From: Gemmata obscuriglobus
GTDB taxonomy: Bacteria; Planctomycetota; Planctomycetia; Gemmatales; Gemmataceae
DNA: 32,000 nt
Direction: 5' to 3'
Assembly (NCBI RefSeq): GCF_008065095.1
Contig: NZ_CP042911.1
Location: forward strand, 7,170,001 to 7,202,000
Part shown: in pieces, positions 7,700 through 17,129 of the stretch
How the letters are laid out: each line of letters opens with the position of its first letter
Position numbering within the stretch: the stretch's first letter is position 1
Notes under the pieces: model-generated
What the model was told of the DNA's origin: nothing
Databases searched by the model: none
What the model saw: the letters and a program-made list of their open reading frames with translations, nothing else
Made by a program: the position numbers and the translations under genes

Positions 7700-10600
7700 A
7701 TGACGACGGCGGCTCTGGCGGTGCCGGCGGACGCGGATTTGCGCGCCCTGCCCTCCTTGTTGCACCGGACTGAGGGCTGGACGGAGATGCGCGCCGCCCT
7801 CGCCGCCGGGCGCAGCGGGACCGTCGACGGGGCCTGGGGGTCGTCCGCGGCGCTCGCGGCCGCGGCCCTGGCGGCCGAAGTGCGGGGCACGCTCCTGGTG
7901 GTGGTGCCGCACCCCGTCGAGGTCGAGCCGTGGGCCGAGGACATGGCCTCGTTCCTGGGCACGCGCCCGGCCGTGTTCGAGATGTGGGAGTCGTGGCCGG
8001 TGTCCTCCAACCGGGGGAAGCTCGACCCGGTCACCACGTCGCGCCTGCGCCTCCTCCAGCAGCTCCAGAGAGCGGGCGGGGCCGAGGGGCCGCCGAAGGT
8101 GGTGGTGTGCGGGATCAGCGCCGTGTGCCAGCCGGTGCCCGAGCGCGCCGACCTCGCGGCCCGCGGCCGCACGCTCGCCGCCGGCGACATCGTCGAGCCG
8201 AGCGAGCTCGCCGAGTGGCTCGTCGCGAACGGCTACAAGCGCGTGGACGCGGTCGAGTTCCCGGGCGAGTTCAGCCGCCGCGGGGGCATCTGCGACATCT
8301 TCCCGCCCGACTCCCCGGACCCGTTCCGGCTCGAGTTCTTCGGCGACGAGGTGGAGGGCCTGCGCACGTTCGCGGCCGGCTCGCAGCGGAGCCTGGAGAA
8401 GAAGGACCGGGTCACGCTCCTGCCGACCGACCAGGGGACGGCCGGCGCGCGGCCGGCGAAGGGCCACCTCGCGGATTACCTCCCGCCCGACTCGTGGGTC
8501 GTGCTGATCGAGCCGCGCGACCTGCGCGAGCAGGCCAAGCACTTTCACGAGCGCGTCTCCACCACCGACGGGCTGCACACCACCGAGCAGGCGTTCGCGG
8601 GCCTGATGAAGCTCCCCAGCGTGGTGCTGTCCGCGCTGCCGCGGCCGAGCGTGGAGGCGTCCGTTCACCTGCGGGTCGAGTCGGTGAACCGGTTCAGCGG
8701 GAGCGTCCACCGGGTGCGGGACGAGTTGGATTCGATCGCGCACAACGCGACCGCCCGCGTGCTCGTCGCCTGCCAGAGCGAGGCCGAGGTGCACCGGCTC
8801 ACGGAGGTGCTGAAGGCGGGCAAGCTCGCGGAGTCGCACCGGCTGCGGCTCGTCACCGGGCACGTGCGCAGCGGGTTCCGGCTCGTGGAGAGCGGCGTCA
8901 TCGTCCTGGGCAGCCACGAGATCTTCCACAAGGACCTGCTCCCGCCCGGGACAAAGGCGCAGGCCAAGTCCAGCCGCACGATCGAGTCGCGCGCGATCGA
9001 CTCGTTCCTCGACCTCAACGACGGCGACTACGTCGTTCACGTGGCCCACGGGATCGCCCGGTTCCGCGGGATGCGGATGCTGGATAAGGCGAGCGGCGTA
9101 CAGGACACGGGCGAGGATTCGCTGTTCCCCGACGAGCGGCCGGCGAACCCCGCCGCCGAGGAGGAGCACCTCGTCCTGGAGTTCCGGGACGGCATCTTCC
9201 TGTATGTGCCGGCGACCCGGATCGACCTCGTCCAGAAGTACGTCGGCGGGTCGCAGGCCGAGCCGCAACTGAGCAAGCCCGGCGGCGCCGCGTGGAGCCG
9301 CAAGAAGGAGAAGGTGTCCGAGGCGGTCCGCGACATGGCGGCCGAGATGATCAACATCCAGGCGCTGCGCCAGGCCGTTCCCGGGCACCAGTTCCCCCCG
9401 GACTCGGACTGGCAGAAGGAGTTCGAGGCGGCGTTCCCGTACCAGGAAACGCCCGACCAGCTCTCCGCGATCGCCGAGGTGAAGGGGGACCTCGAGAAGA
9501 CCAAGCCGATGGACCGGCTCATCTGCGGCGACGTCGGCTACGGCAAAACCGAGGTGGCGATCCGCGCCGCGTTCAAGGCCGTGGACAGCGGCAAGCAGGT
9601 CGCCGTCCTGGTGCCCACGACGGTGCTGGCGGAGCAGCACTTCCGCACGTTCACCCAGCGGTTCGCCGAGTACCCCTTCATGGTGGACGCGGTGAACCGG
9701 TTCAAGAGCGGCGCGAAGCAGAAGGAGACGCTCAAGAAGCTCGCGGCCGGCGAGGTGGACGTGATCGTCGGCACGCACCGGCTGCTCTCGAAGGACGTGA
9801 CGTTCAAGGACCTGGGCCTCGTGGTGATCGACGAGGAGCAGCGGTTCGGGGTGGAGCACAAGGAGCGGCTGAAGCACCTCCGCGCGACGGTCGACGTGCT
9901 CACGATGACCGCCACGCCGATCCCGCGCACGCTGCACGCGTCGCTGCTGGGCATCCGCGAGATCAGCAACCTCGAAACCCCGCCCGCGGACCGGCAGCCG
10001 GTCGAGACGCACATCACCCGGTGGGACGACAAGCAGTTGCGGAACGCGATCCTCCGCGAGATGAACCGCGGCGGGCAGGTGTACTTCGTCCACAACCGCG
10101 TGCAGGACATCTACGAGGTCGCCACCAAGATCGAGATCCTCGTGCCCGAGGCGAAGGTGACCGTGGGGCACGGGCAGATGGACGCGCACGACCTCGAAAA
10201 GGCGATGGTGCGGTTCGTCCGCAAGGAGGCCGACATCCTGGTCGCGACCACCATCATCGAGAGCGGGCTGGACATCCCGAACGCGAACACCATCTTCATC
10301 GACGAGGCCGACACCTACGGGCTGGCCGACCTGCACCAGTTGCGGGGCCGGGTGGGGCGGTCGAAGCACCGGGCGTACGCGTACTTCATCGTGAACCCGC
10401 TGAAGCTGTTGAACCCGACCGCGCAGCGGCGCCTGAAGGCGATCGAGGAGTTCACCGAGCTGGGGGCGGGGTTCAAGATCGCGATGCGCGACCTGGAGAT
10501 CCGCGGCGCGGGCAACATCCTCGGGGGGGAGCAGAGCGGGCACATCGCGGCCATCGGGTACGAGCTGTACTGCCAGCTCCTGGAGAACGCGGTCCGCGCG

Positions 10601-11065
10601 CTGAAGCACCAGCCGCCGAAGGTGGCGGTGGACGTGGTGGTCGATCTGCCGTGGCCCTCGTACCTGCCGCGCGACTACGTGCAGGGGCAGAAGCTGCGCA
10701 TCGAGGTGTACCGGCGACTCGCCCGGCTCCGCGACCCGGCGAAACTGGCCGACTTCCGCACGGAACTCCGGGACCGCTACGGGGAGCCGCCGGAGCCGGT
10801 GGAGTGGCTCCTGCGCACCACGGAGGTCCGGCTGCTGTGCGTGAAGTGGCTGGTGGCGAGCGTCCACCGGCACGGCCAGGACATCGTGTTCACCTACCGG
10901 AGCGCGGAGCGCGCGAAGCAGTTCGTGGCCGCGAGCCGGGGGCGGCTGAAGATCGTGGACGACAAGAGCGTGTACCTGCGGCTCCGGTCCGGCGACGCGG
11001 ACACGCCCGCGGGCATCTACAAGCTGCTGCTCGGGGTGCTGAAGCCGGCGGCCCGCGCGGAGTAG
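7700..11065 (+). CDS. mfd: Transcription-repair coupling factor Mfd
   Basis: The product is about 1120 aa. Supporting text includes a CarD/TRCF-like stretch GDYVVHVAHGIARFRGM, helicase motifs GDVGYGKTEVA and VIDEEQRFG, and the TRG region LHQLRGRVGRS. ATG 7700 is 8 nt after GGAGGG. The track starts at TTG 7685. Confidence 0.95.
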   Translation: MTTAALAVPADADLRALPSLLHRTEGWTEMRAALAAGRSGTVDGAWGSSAALAAAALAAEVRGTLLVVVPHPVEVEPWAEDMASFLGTRPAVFEMWESWPVSSNRGKLDPVTTSRLRLLQQLQRAGGAEGPPKVVVCGISAVCQPVPERADLAARGRTLAAGDIVEPSELAEWLVANGYKRVDAVEFPGEFSRRGGICDIFPPDSPDPFRLEFFGDEVEGLRTFAAGSQRSLEKKDRVTLLPTDQGTAGARPAKGHLADYLPPDSWVVLIEPRDLREQAKHFHERVSTTDGLHTTEQAFAGLMKLPSVVLSALPRPSVEASVHLRVESVNRFSGSVHRVRDELDSIAHNATARVLVACQSEAEVHRLTEVLKAGKLAESHRLRLVTGHVRSGFRLVESGVIVLGSHEIFHKDLLPPGTKAQAKSSRTIESRAIDSFLDLNDGDYVVHVAHGIARFRGMRMLDKASGVQDTGEDSLFPDERPANPAAEEEHLVLEFRDGIFLYVPATRIDLVQKYVGGSQAEPQLSKPGGAAWSRKKEKVSEAVRDMAAEMINIQALRQAVPGHQFPPDSDWQKEFEAAFPYQETPDQLSAIAEVKGDLEKTKPMDRLICGDVGYGKTEVAIRAAFKAVDSGKQVAVLVPTTVLAEQHFRTFTQRFAEYPFMVDAVNRFKSGAKQKETLKKLAAGEVDVIVGTHRLLSKDVTFKDLGLVVIDEEQRFGVEHKERLKHLRATVDVLTMTATPIPRTLHASLLGIREISNLETPPADRQPVETHITRWDDKQLRNAILREMNRGGQVYFVHNRVQDIYEVATKIEILVPEAKVTVGHGQMDAHDLEKAMVRFVRKEADILVATTIIESGLDIPNANTIFIDEADTYGLADLHQLRGRVGRSKHRAYAYFIVNPLKLLNPTAQRRLKAIEEFTELGAGFKIAMRDLEIRGAGNILGGEQSGHIAAIGYELYCQLLENAVRALKHQPPKVAVDVVVDLPWPSYLPRDYVQGQKLRIEVYRRLARLRDPAKLADFRTELRDRYGEPPEPVEWLLRTTEVRLLCVKWLVASVHRHGQDIVFTYRSAERAKQFVAASRGRLKIVDDKSVYLRLRSGDADTPAGIYKLLLGVLKPAARAE

Positions 11066-11142
11066 CGGCCCCGACGAAGGGCGAACGAGCCACCGCGCCC
11101 GGGGGAGAGCTCGCCGGCTTCGCGGGGCGAGCGGGGCGGCCG

Positions 11143-13614
11143 TCACGGCGCGTCCAGGACCTCCCGCACCTTGAGCGCCAGCGCGTCCGGCGAGAACGGC
11201 TTGTGCAGGAAGTGCATCTGGTCCTGGAACACGCCCCGGGTCACGACCGCGTCGTCGGTGTAGCCCGAAACGAACAGCACCTTCGTCGCCGGGTGCCGCC
11301 CGCGGATCTCCTCGGCCACCTCCCGCCCGCTCGGGCCCGGCATCACCACGTCGGTCAGCACCAGTTGGATCGACGGCCCCTGGGCGCGTGCGAGGCGGAG
11401 CGCCTCCGCCCCGTCGCACGCCTCGAGCACCGTGTACCCGCAGGCGGTCAGGATGCAGCGGCTCAGCGCGCGGACGCCGTCCTCGTCCTCGACCAGGAGG
11501 ATCGTCTCCGCGCCGCGCGGCGGTCGCGTCGAAGGCGGCGGCTCGGGCGGCGGCGCCGGCGCGGCGACCTGGGGCAGGTACACGCACACGGTCGTGCCGG
11601 CCCCGGGCTCGGACTCCACCTGAACCCACCCGCCGCTGCTCTGAACCACCCCGAACACGGTCGCCAGCCCCAGCCCGGTCCCCTTCCCCACGCCCTTGGT
11701 CGTGAAGAACGGCTCGAACAGGTGCCCCTTCACCTCGACCGACATGCCGCACCCGGTGTCCGAGACGCTCAGGGTCGCGTACCGCCCGGGCGGCGCCCCG
11801 AGCCGCGCCCGGGGGTGATCCGCGCCCAGGTCGAAGGCGCCGGTGCGGATGGTCAGCTGGCCCCCCGTGGGCATGGCGTCGCGGGCGTTGATCGACAGGT
11901 TCATCAGCACCTGCTGGAGCTGGCCCGCGTCGGCGTGGGCGGCGCCCGCGTCGGCCCCCGGCAGCGTGACCAGTTGGATGTCCTCGCCGATCAGCCGGCG
12001 CAGCAGCGACTCGGCGCCCGCGACCGCGGCGTTGAGGTCCAGGTCCTGGGGCCGGAGCACCTGCTTGTGGCTGAACGACAGCAGCTGCCGGGTGAGGCCC
12101 GCGGACCGCTCGCCCGCGCTCCACACCTCGCGCAGCAGTTGGTGCGCCCGGCCGCCCGGGGGCAGCTCGGCCAGGAGGATCTCGGTGTACCCGTTGATGA
12201 CGGTGAGCAGGTTGTTGAAGTCGTGCGCCACGCCGCTGGCCAGCCGCCCGATCGCCTCCATCTTCTGCCCCTGCCGGGACTGCTCGTCGAGCAGGCGGCG
12301 GGCGGTCACGTCGCTCAGCACGCCGACGTAGTGGGTCACCCGCCCGGTCTCGTCCCGGACCGGTGAAACGGACAGCCCGTTCCAGAACGCGGTCCCGTCC
12401 CGGCGGTAGTTCAGCAGCTCGATGGCGCACGCCTCGCCGGCCGCCTGGGCGGCCCGCAGCCGGTCCACCGCGGCCCGGTCCGTGTCCCGCCCCTGAAGGA
12501 AGCGGCAGTTGCGGCCGGTCACGTCGGCCGCCGCCCACCCGGTGATCCGCTCGAACCCGGGGCTGACGTATATGAGCGGCCGGTCGGGGGCCAGGAAGTC
12601 GCAGATGACGAACCCCTGGTCGGCGCTGGTGATGGCCCGCTCCCGGAACCGCAGCGCCTGTTCGGCCGCCTTCCGCTCGGTCACGTCGGTGTGCGTGACC
12701 GCCGCCCCGGTCACCCGGTCCGCGCGGACCGGGGTGACCACCAGCCGGCACCAGCGCGGCCCGTCGTGCGTGCCGTACAGGTACTCGAACACGAACTCGG
12801 CGGCCGTCCCGGCGAGCACCGCGCCCAGCCCGTCGGCCACGTGCCGCTCGTCGGCGGCCCGGGTGCCGGCCCAGATCCCCGCGCGCACGTCCAGGTACGG
12901 GGCGCCGATGTCCCCGGCGGCCGGGCGCGCGGCCGCGGCCCGGCGCCACGCGGCGTTCACCGCGACGACCGCCCCGGCCGGGTCCAGGAGGGCGATTTGG
13001 GCCGGCAGCGCGTCGAGCGTGGCCCGGGTCTGCTCCCACGCCCGGCGCTCGGCCTCCGCGGCGGCCCGGCGGGCGACCTCGGCCGCCGCGCGGTCGCTCA
13101 CGTCCCGGACCGCGGCCGCGGCGCGGGGCTCCCCCGGCGCGCTCATCGGCCACCACTCGAGCACGACCTCGGCCGGGAACCCGCCCCCGCCGGGGCGCAC
13201 GCACCGGGCCGGGAACTCGCGCCGGTGGCCGGCCCCCAGCACCGACCTCAGGTGCCGGTGGAACGCGGCGTGGTCGCCCCCGGCCAGGAACGCGGTGAAC
13301 GGCTTGCCGCGGACCGCCCCGGCGTCGGCGCCGAGCGCCCGTGCGGCTGTTTGGTTGGCCTCCCGGATCACCCCGCGGCGGTCCAGGAACAGGATGCTCG
13401 CGGGGGCGTAGTGGAAGAGCTGCGCGTACTCGTTGCGGGACCGCTCGGCCTCCGCCTGCGCGGCCTCCAGCTCGGACTTCTGAACGACCAGCTCGGCGTG
13501 GTACACGTACAGCTCGTGCACCAGCCCGTCGAGGTCGATGCCGTTCAGGTCCGGGGCCATGACGGTGCCGTCCCGGAGGAGCTGCTCGGCGAGGTGCCGC
13601 AGGTCGGTCTGCAT
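11143..13614 (-). CDS. Hybrid sensor histidine kinase: PAS-PAS-LOV-HisKA-HATPase-receiver
   Basis: Motifs present are the H-box ASGVAHDFNNLLTVINGY, the N/G boxes NLSINARDAM, DTGCGM and GTGLGLATV, and the receiver ILLVEDEDGVR..LVLTDVVMPG..FLHKPF. The LOV motif is GRNCRFLQG. I chose ATG 13614 (MQTDLRHL, GAAAGGG upstream). An alternative GTG at 13674 would overlap the upstream gene by 26 nt. Confidence 0.9.
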   Translation of the reverse strand: MQTDLRHLAEQLLRDGTVMAPDLNGIDLDGLVHELYVYHAELVVQKSELEAAQAEAERSRNEYAQLFHYAPASILFLDRRGVIREANQTAARALGADAGAVRGKPFTAFLAGGDHAAFHRHLRSVLGAGHRREFPARCVRPGGGGFPAEVVLEWWPMSAPGEPRAAAAVRDVSDRAAAEVARRAAAEAERRAWEQTRATLDALPAQIALLDPAGAVVAVNAAWRRAAAARPAAGDIGAPYLDVRAGIWAGTRAADERHVADGLGAVLAGTAAEFVFEYLYGTHDGPRWCRLVVTPVRADRVTGAAVTHTDVTERKAAEQALRFRERAITSADQGFVICDFLAPDRPLIYVSPGFERITGWAAADVTGRNCRFLQGRDTDRAAVDRLRAAQAAGEACAIELLNYRRDGTAFWNGLSVSPVRDETGRVTHYVGVLSDVTARRLLDEQSRQGQKMEAIGRLASGVAHDFNNLLTVINGYTEILLAELPPGGRAHQLLREVWSAGERSAGLTRQLLSFSHKQVLRPQDLDLNAAVAGAESLLRRLIGEDIQLVTLPGADAGAAHADAGQLQQVLMNLSINARDAMPTGGQLTIRTGAFDLGADHPRARLGAPPGRYATLSVSDTGCGMSVEVKGHLFEPFFTTKGVGKGTGLGLATVFGVVQSSGGWVQVESEPGAGTTVCVYLPQVAAPAPPPEPPPSTRPPRGAETILLVEDEDGVRALSRCILTACGYTVLEACDGAEALRLARAQGPSIQLVLTDVVMPGPSGREVAEEIRGRHPATKVLFVSGYTDDAVVTRGVFQDQMHFLHKPFSPDALALKVREVLDAP
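12310..12642 (-). other. LOV (flavin-binding PAS) domain within the kinase; the photoactive Cys codon is at 12505..12507
   Basis: FVICDFLAPDRPLIYVSPGFERITGWAAADVTGRNCRFLQGRDTDRAAVDRLRAAQAAGEACAIELLNYRRDGTAFWNGLSVSPVRDETGRVTHYVGVLSDVT aligns by eye along its whole length with phototropin/YtvA LOV domains. Confidence 0.85.
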
Positions 13615-13648
13615 GGGCGAGGCCCTTTCTGGCGCGCCGCTAATATCC

Positions 13649-16603
13649 CTACTCTGGCCCGCCGGTCGGTTCACTGGAGTTCGGACGCCCGGTCGCGAGC
13701 CGCTCCTCGGCCTCCCGCCGCTCGGTGATGTCGAGGTGCCAGACGATGGCCCCGGCCGGCGGCTCCGCGGTCGGGAACACGCGCATCATGAACCACTGGC
13801 GGCGGCCCGGGGTGTGGCACTGGTACTCGAGGTAGAAGTCGGGCAGCCGCCGGTCGAGGACCCCCAGAATCCCGGCCCGGGCGGCCGTCGCGTCCGGGTC
13901 GGCCCCGCGGCCGCAGGCGGTCAGGTAGTTGGTCCCGGCCCCGGTGCGGGTCAGGTCCGGGTCGCCGTTCTCCCGCGCGAACTGCTCCCACGCCCGGTTC
14001 ACCATGAGGATCGTGCCGGCCCGGTCGAGGACGGCCACGTGGGCCGGGTGCGAGTTCAGGATCTCGACCGTCCGCAGCTCCCGGCGCCGGTCCGCGGTGA
14101 CGTCCAGCAGGTACACCACCACCCCGCGGAGCCGCCCGTCCGCCAGGTACGGCAGGAACCGCACCCGCAGGTGCTTCCCGTCCGGCCCCTGCACCTCGAC
14201 GGCCTCGGCGTCGCCCCCGGCCAGCACCGCCCGCGCGCGCCCCGCCAGGTCGAGCCCGGGGACCACGCTGGACAGGTGGTCGAGCGGGCGCCCGATGTCC
14301 TCCGGGATCACGTTCAGCACCCGCGACACCGCCGGCGTGAACTTGCGGATCCGCAGCCCCTCGTCCACGAACAGGATGCCCACCTCCGTGACCCGGAGCA
14401 GGTTGTCAACGTCGTCGCTCAGTTGCGTCAGCTCGTCGATCTTCTGCTGGTACTCGGCGTTGACCGTCTGCAGCTCCTCGTTGACCGACTGGAGCTCCTC
14501 GTTGGTGCTCTGGAGCTCCTCGTTGGCCGCCACCATTTCCTCGTTCGTGGCCTGGAGCTCCTCGTTGGCGGTTTCCAGCTCCTCGATGGTGGCCTGGAGG
14601 TTCTCCCGGGTCTGCTGGAGCTCCGCCTCCAGGTGCCGGAACCGGTCCGCGTCGCCGTCGCCGCCCCCGGCGGGCGCCCCCGACGGGCCGCCCGCGGGCT
14701 CCAGGAGGACCAGGAACAGGGCGTCCTGGTCCGGCACCGGTGGCAACTGACGGACCCGCAGCCGGGCGGCGCGGGGGGCGCCGTCGCCGAGGGTCACCGG
14801 CTGGGCCGTTTCCTGCCCGTCCTTGGCGGCGCGGAGCACGGCGGTGCGGATCGCGGACCCGAGTTCCGCCGGGACCATCCGGAGCAGGTCGAGGGTCGCC
14901 CGCCCGGGCGGGACGGTCAGCACATCGGCCGTGTTCCCGTAGCTGTGCAGCAGCCGGTAATCCGCGTCCACAACGAAGCACGTCTGCTCGAGCGCCCGCA
15001 CCAGTTCCTGGTGGACCCGGTCCAGCAGCACGTCGTCGCCGGTCAGCCGCGGGGCCCGGGTCGCGGGCGGGCCGGTACTGGGGGCGCGGCTCAGGGCGAG
15101 GATGTCGGTCAGCGACCCGCGCCCGCTCTGGATCGCGCGGTACACCTTCCAGCGGGTGTCGACGGTCTGGAACTGGTGCCCCAGGTGCCCCGGGTTCTCG
15201 CTGGCCCCGAGGAACAGGAACCCGCCCGGGCGCAGCGAGTACGTCAGCAGCGCCAGCGCCTTCCGCTGGAGCACCGGCTGCAGGTAGATGAGCAGGTTCC
15301 GGCACACGACCAGGGACATCCGGGTGAACGGCGGGTCCTTGACGAGGTTCTGGTACGCGAACACGACCATCTCGCGGATCGACCGGCCGACCTGGTACCC
15401 GCCGCTGGTGGGGGTGAAGTACCGGGCCAGCCGGTCCGGCGCGACGAGCGCGGCGCTGGCCGCCGGGTACACCCCGGCGGCGGCGAACGCGACCGCCTCG
15501 CGGTCCACGTCGGTGGCGAAGATCTTGACGTGGCAGCGGATCTGGTTGGCGTCGCAGTACTCGCGCAACAGGACGGCCAGCGAGTACGCCTCCTCCCCGG
15601 TCGAGCACGCCGGGGCCCACACCCGAACCGTCTCCCCCGCCGGCGCCGCGGCGAAGATCTCCGGGACCACCCGCGCCTGGAGCACCTCGAACGCCGCGGG
15701 GTCGCGGAAGAACTGGGTCACCCCGATCAGCAGCTCGCGGTACAGCGCGTCCCGCTCCTGCGGCGAGCGCTCGAGCAGCCGCACGTACTCGGCGAACCGC
15801 TCGACCCGGTTGGCGCTCATCCGCCGGTCCAACCGGCGGGTGACGGTGGCCGGCTTGTACAGCGAGAAGTCGATGCCCGCGTGCTGGCTCAGGATGTCGA
15901 ACATCTGGCGCAGGACGGCGTCGTCCGTTTCGAGCGCCGGGCCGGCCGGGGGCGGCGGGCTGGCGGCCCGCAGCTCCAGTTGGTTGACCAGTTCCGCGGG
16001 CAGTTGCTCGACCGGCAGCACCAGATCGACGAGCCCGGTGGCGATGGCGCTCCGGGGCATCCCGTCGAACCGGGCCTGGGCCTCGTCCTGAACCGCCACC
16101 AGCCCGCCCGCCTCCTTGACCGCCCGCACCCCCCGCGCCCCGTCGCTGCCGGTGCCCGACAGGATCACCCCGACCGCCCGGTCCCCGTACTCGCTCGCCA
16201 GCGACCGGAAGAACAGGTCGATCGGCAGTTGGATCCCGCTGTGCGCCACCTGCTCGGTCAGTTGGAGGCAGCCGCCGCGGATGGTGAGGTTGTTCTTCGG
16301 GGGGATCAGGTAGATCGAGTCCGGTTCCAGCGGCATCCCGTGCTCGGCCCGCAGCACCCGCATCCGCGTGTGCCGGGAGAGCAGTTCCACCATCAGGCTC
16401 TTGTAATCCGGCGACAGGTGCTGGATGACGACGAACGCCATCCCGGTGTCGACCGGGGCGTGATCGAAGAACCCTTCGAGCGCTTCAAGGCCGCCGGCGG
16501 ACGCGCCGATCGCCACAACGTGCCGGGGCGAGCCCTCACGAGTGGGCGAGTCATCGACCAGCAGGTGCTCCGGGGGCACCCCGGGGGCATCAGAAGTTCC
16601 CAT
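13649..16603 (-). CDS. CheB methylesterase - CheR methyltransferase fusion with a coiled coil and two C-terminal PAS-like domains
   Basis: CheB motifs are [23 protein letters not shown] and [11 protein letters not shown]. CheR motifs are [32 protein letters not shown] and [11 protein letters not shown]. The heptad run is [44 protein letters not shown], followed by PAS-like segments. The start is ATG 16603. Confidence 0.9.
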   Translation of the reverse strand: MGTSDAPGVPPEHLLVDDSPTREGSPRHVVAIGASAGGLEALEGFFDHAPVDTGMAFVVIQHLSPDYKSLMVELLSRHTRMRVLRAEHGMPLEPDSIYLIPPKNNLTIRGGCLQLTEQVAHSGIQLPIDLFFRSLASEYGDRAVGVILSGTGSDGARGVRAVKEAGGLVAVQDEAQARFDGMPRSAIATGLVDLVLPVEQLPAELVNQLELRAASPPPPAGPALETDDAVLRQMFDILSQHAGIDFSLYKPATVTRRLDRRMSANRVERFAEYVRLLERSPQERDALYRELLIGVTQFFRDPAAFEVLQARVVPEIFAAAPAGETVRVWAPACSTGEEAYSLAVLLREYCDANQIRCHVKIFATDVDREAVAFAAAGVYPAASAALVAPDRLARYFTPTSGGYQVGRSIREMVVFAYQNLVKDPPFTRMSLVVCRNLLIYLQPVLQRKALALLTYSLRPGGFLFLGASENPGHLGHQFQTVDTRWKVYRAIQSGRGSLTDILALSRAPSTGPPATRAPRLTGDDVLLDRVHQELVRALEQTCFVVDADYRLLHSYGNTADVLTVPPGRATLDLLRMVPAELGSAIRTAVLRAAKDGQETAQPVTLGDGAPRAARLRVRQLPPVPDQDALFLVLLEPAGGPSGAPAGGGDGDADRFRHLEAELQQTRENLQATIEELETANEELQATNEEMVAANEELQSTNEELQSVNEELQTVNAEYQQKIDELTQLSDDVDNLLRVTEVGILFVDEGLRIRKFTPAVSRVLNVIPEDIGRPLDHLSSVVPGLDLAGRARAVLAGGDAEAVEVQGPDGKHLRVRFLPYLADGRLRGVVVYLLDVTADRRRELRTVEILNSHPAHVAVLDRAGTILMVNRAWEQFARENGDPDLTRTGAGTNYLTACGRGADPDATAARAGILGVLDRRLPDFYLEYQCHTPGRRQWFMMRVFPTAEPPAGAIVWHLDITERREAEERLATGRPNSSEPTGGPE
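14468..14593 (-). repeat. Six tandem 21-bp (7-codon) coding repeats specifying the NEELQxx heptad coiled coil
   Basis: Units of ctgGagctcctcgttgNNNNN start at 14468, 14489, 14510, 14531, 14552 and 14573. Confidence 0.85.
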
Positions 16604-16793
16604 GGATAACCGTCGCCAAGGCCTTCGCCGTCATCGGGTCGTCAGCGGCCGACCTCGTTCATCGGCACTTGGGGATAGACCGGATCATGGTCCGGGCGTC
16701 GAAAGTGCTTATGTGTCAGGTTATACCTTACACTGTGGCGCGATAAAGGTTACCCAGAATAACCCGAAAATTCTGACCGGGTTTGAAGCCGGG

Positions 16794-17039
16794 TTACCAT
16801 CTGCGTTCGCACAGATGGAACCCGACGCCCCAGGATGAGACCGGGTGCGTCCGCTGAGTTGGAACCAACCGCGTGGCCGCGCCTGTCACGACATCGTAGC
16901 TCGTCGTGACGGGCGCGAACTGGTCGTAAAAGTCCGGGGCGGCCCACGCGACCTCGCGCCGCGTGTGGGATGTGAACGCGGCCCGTTGAACGTTGAACAC
17001 GCCCCAGCCACCGGCTCGGAGTGGGCTCGTCTCGCTCAT
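16794..17039 (-). CDS. Possible 81-aa hypothetical protein
   Basis: From ATG 17039 the product reads MSETSPLRAGGWGVFNVQRAAFTSHTRREVAWAAPDFYDQFAPVTTSYDVVTG.... About 80% of third positions are G/C and the composition is protein-like (W/F/Y/D). I recognised no family. The ATG sits 1 nt after the terminator T-tract, and the apparent GGAGG is part of the terminator stem. Confidence 0.3.
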   Translation of the reverse strand: MSETSPLRAGGWGVFNVQRAAFTSHTRREVAWAAPDFYDQFAPVTTSYDVVTGAATRLVPTQRTHPVSSWGVGFHLCERRW

Positions 17040-17045
17040 GAAAAA

Positions 17046-17095
17046 GGCCTCCGCCGCGGCCCGATCGGAACACCGGTCGGGCCGCGGCGGAGGCC
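17046..17095 (-). terminator. Rho-independent terminator of the pseudo-receiver gene
   Basis: A 23-bp GC-rich stem (ggcctccgccgcggcccgaYcgg, one mismatch) carries a 4-nt loop. It is followed on the minus strand by TTTTT (17041..17045). It lies 34 nt after stop 17130. Confidence 0.8.
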
Positions 17096-17129
17096 AACGG
17101 GGCAAGAGACCGCCGTCAACGACGACGGG

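Noticed and set aside
7589-13204. A 1871-aa ORF on the minus strand, the longest in the track
   Set aside because: It is Arg/Gly/Pro-rich low-complexity text. It runs antisense to mfd and out of frame through the kinase gene. Both of those genes have unmistakable family motifs. It is a typical stop-free shadow frame in GC-rich DNA.
14468-14635. Regularly spaced 21-bp repeats, considered as a possible CRISPR-like array
   Set aside because: The units are contiguous with no spacers, they are in frame, and they encode the NEELQ heptad of a coiled coil inside a well-supported CDS.
13538-16609. A 1023-aa plus-strand ORF
   Set aside because: It is antisense to the CheB-CheR fusion, has an Arg/Pro/Gly-rich composition and carries no recognisable motifs.
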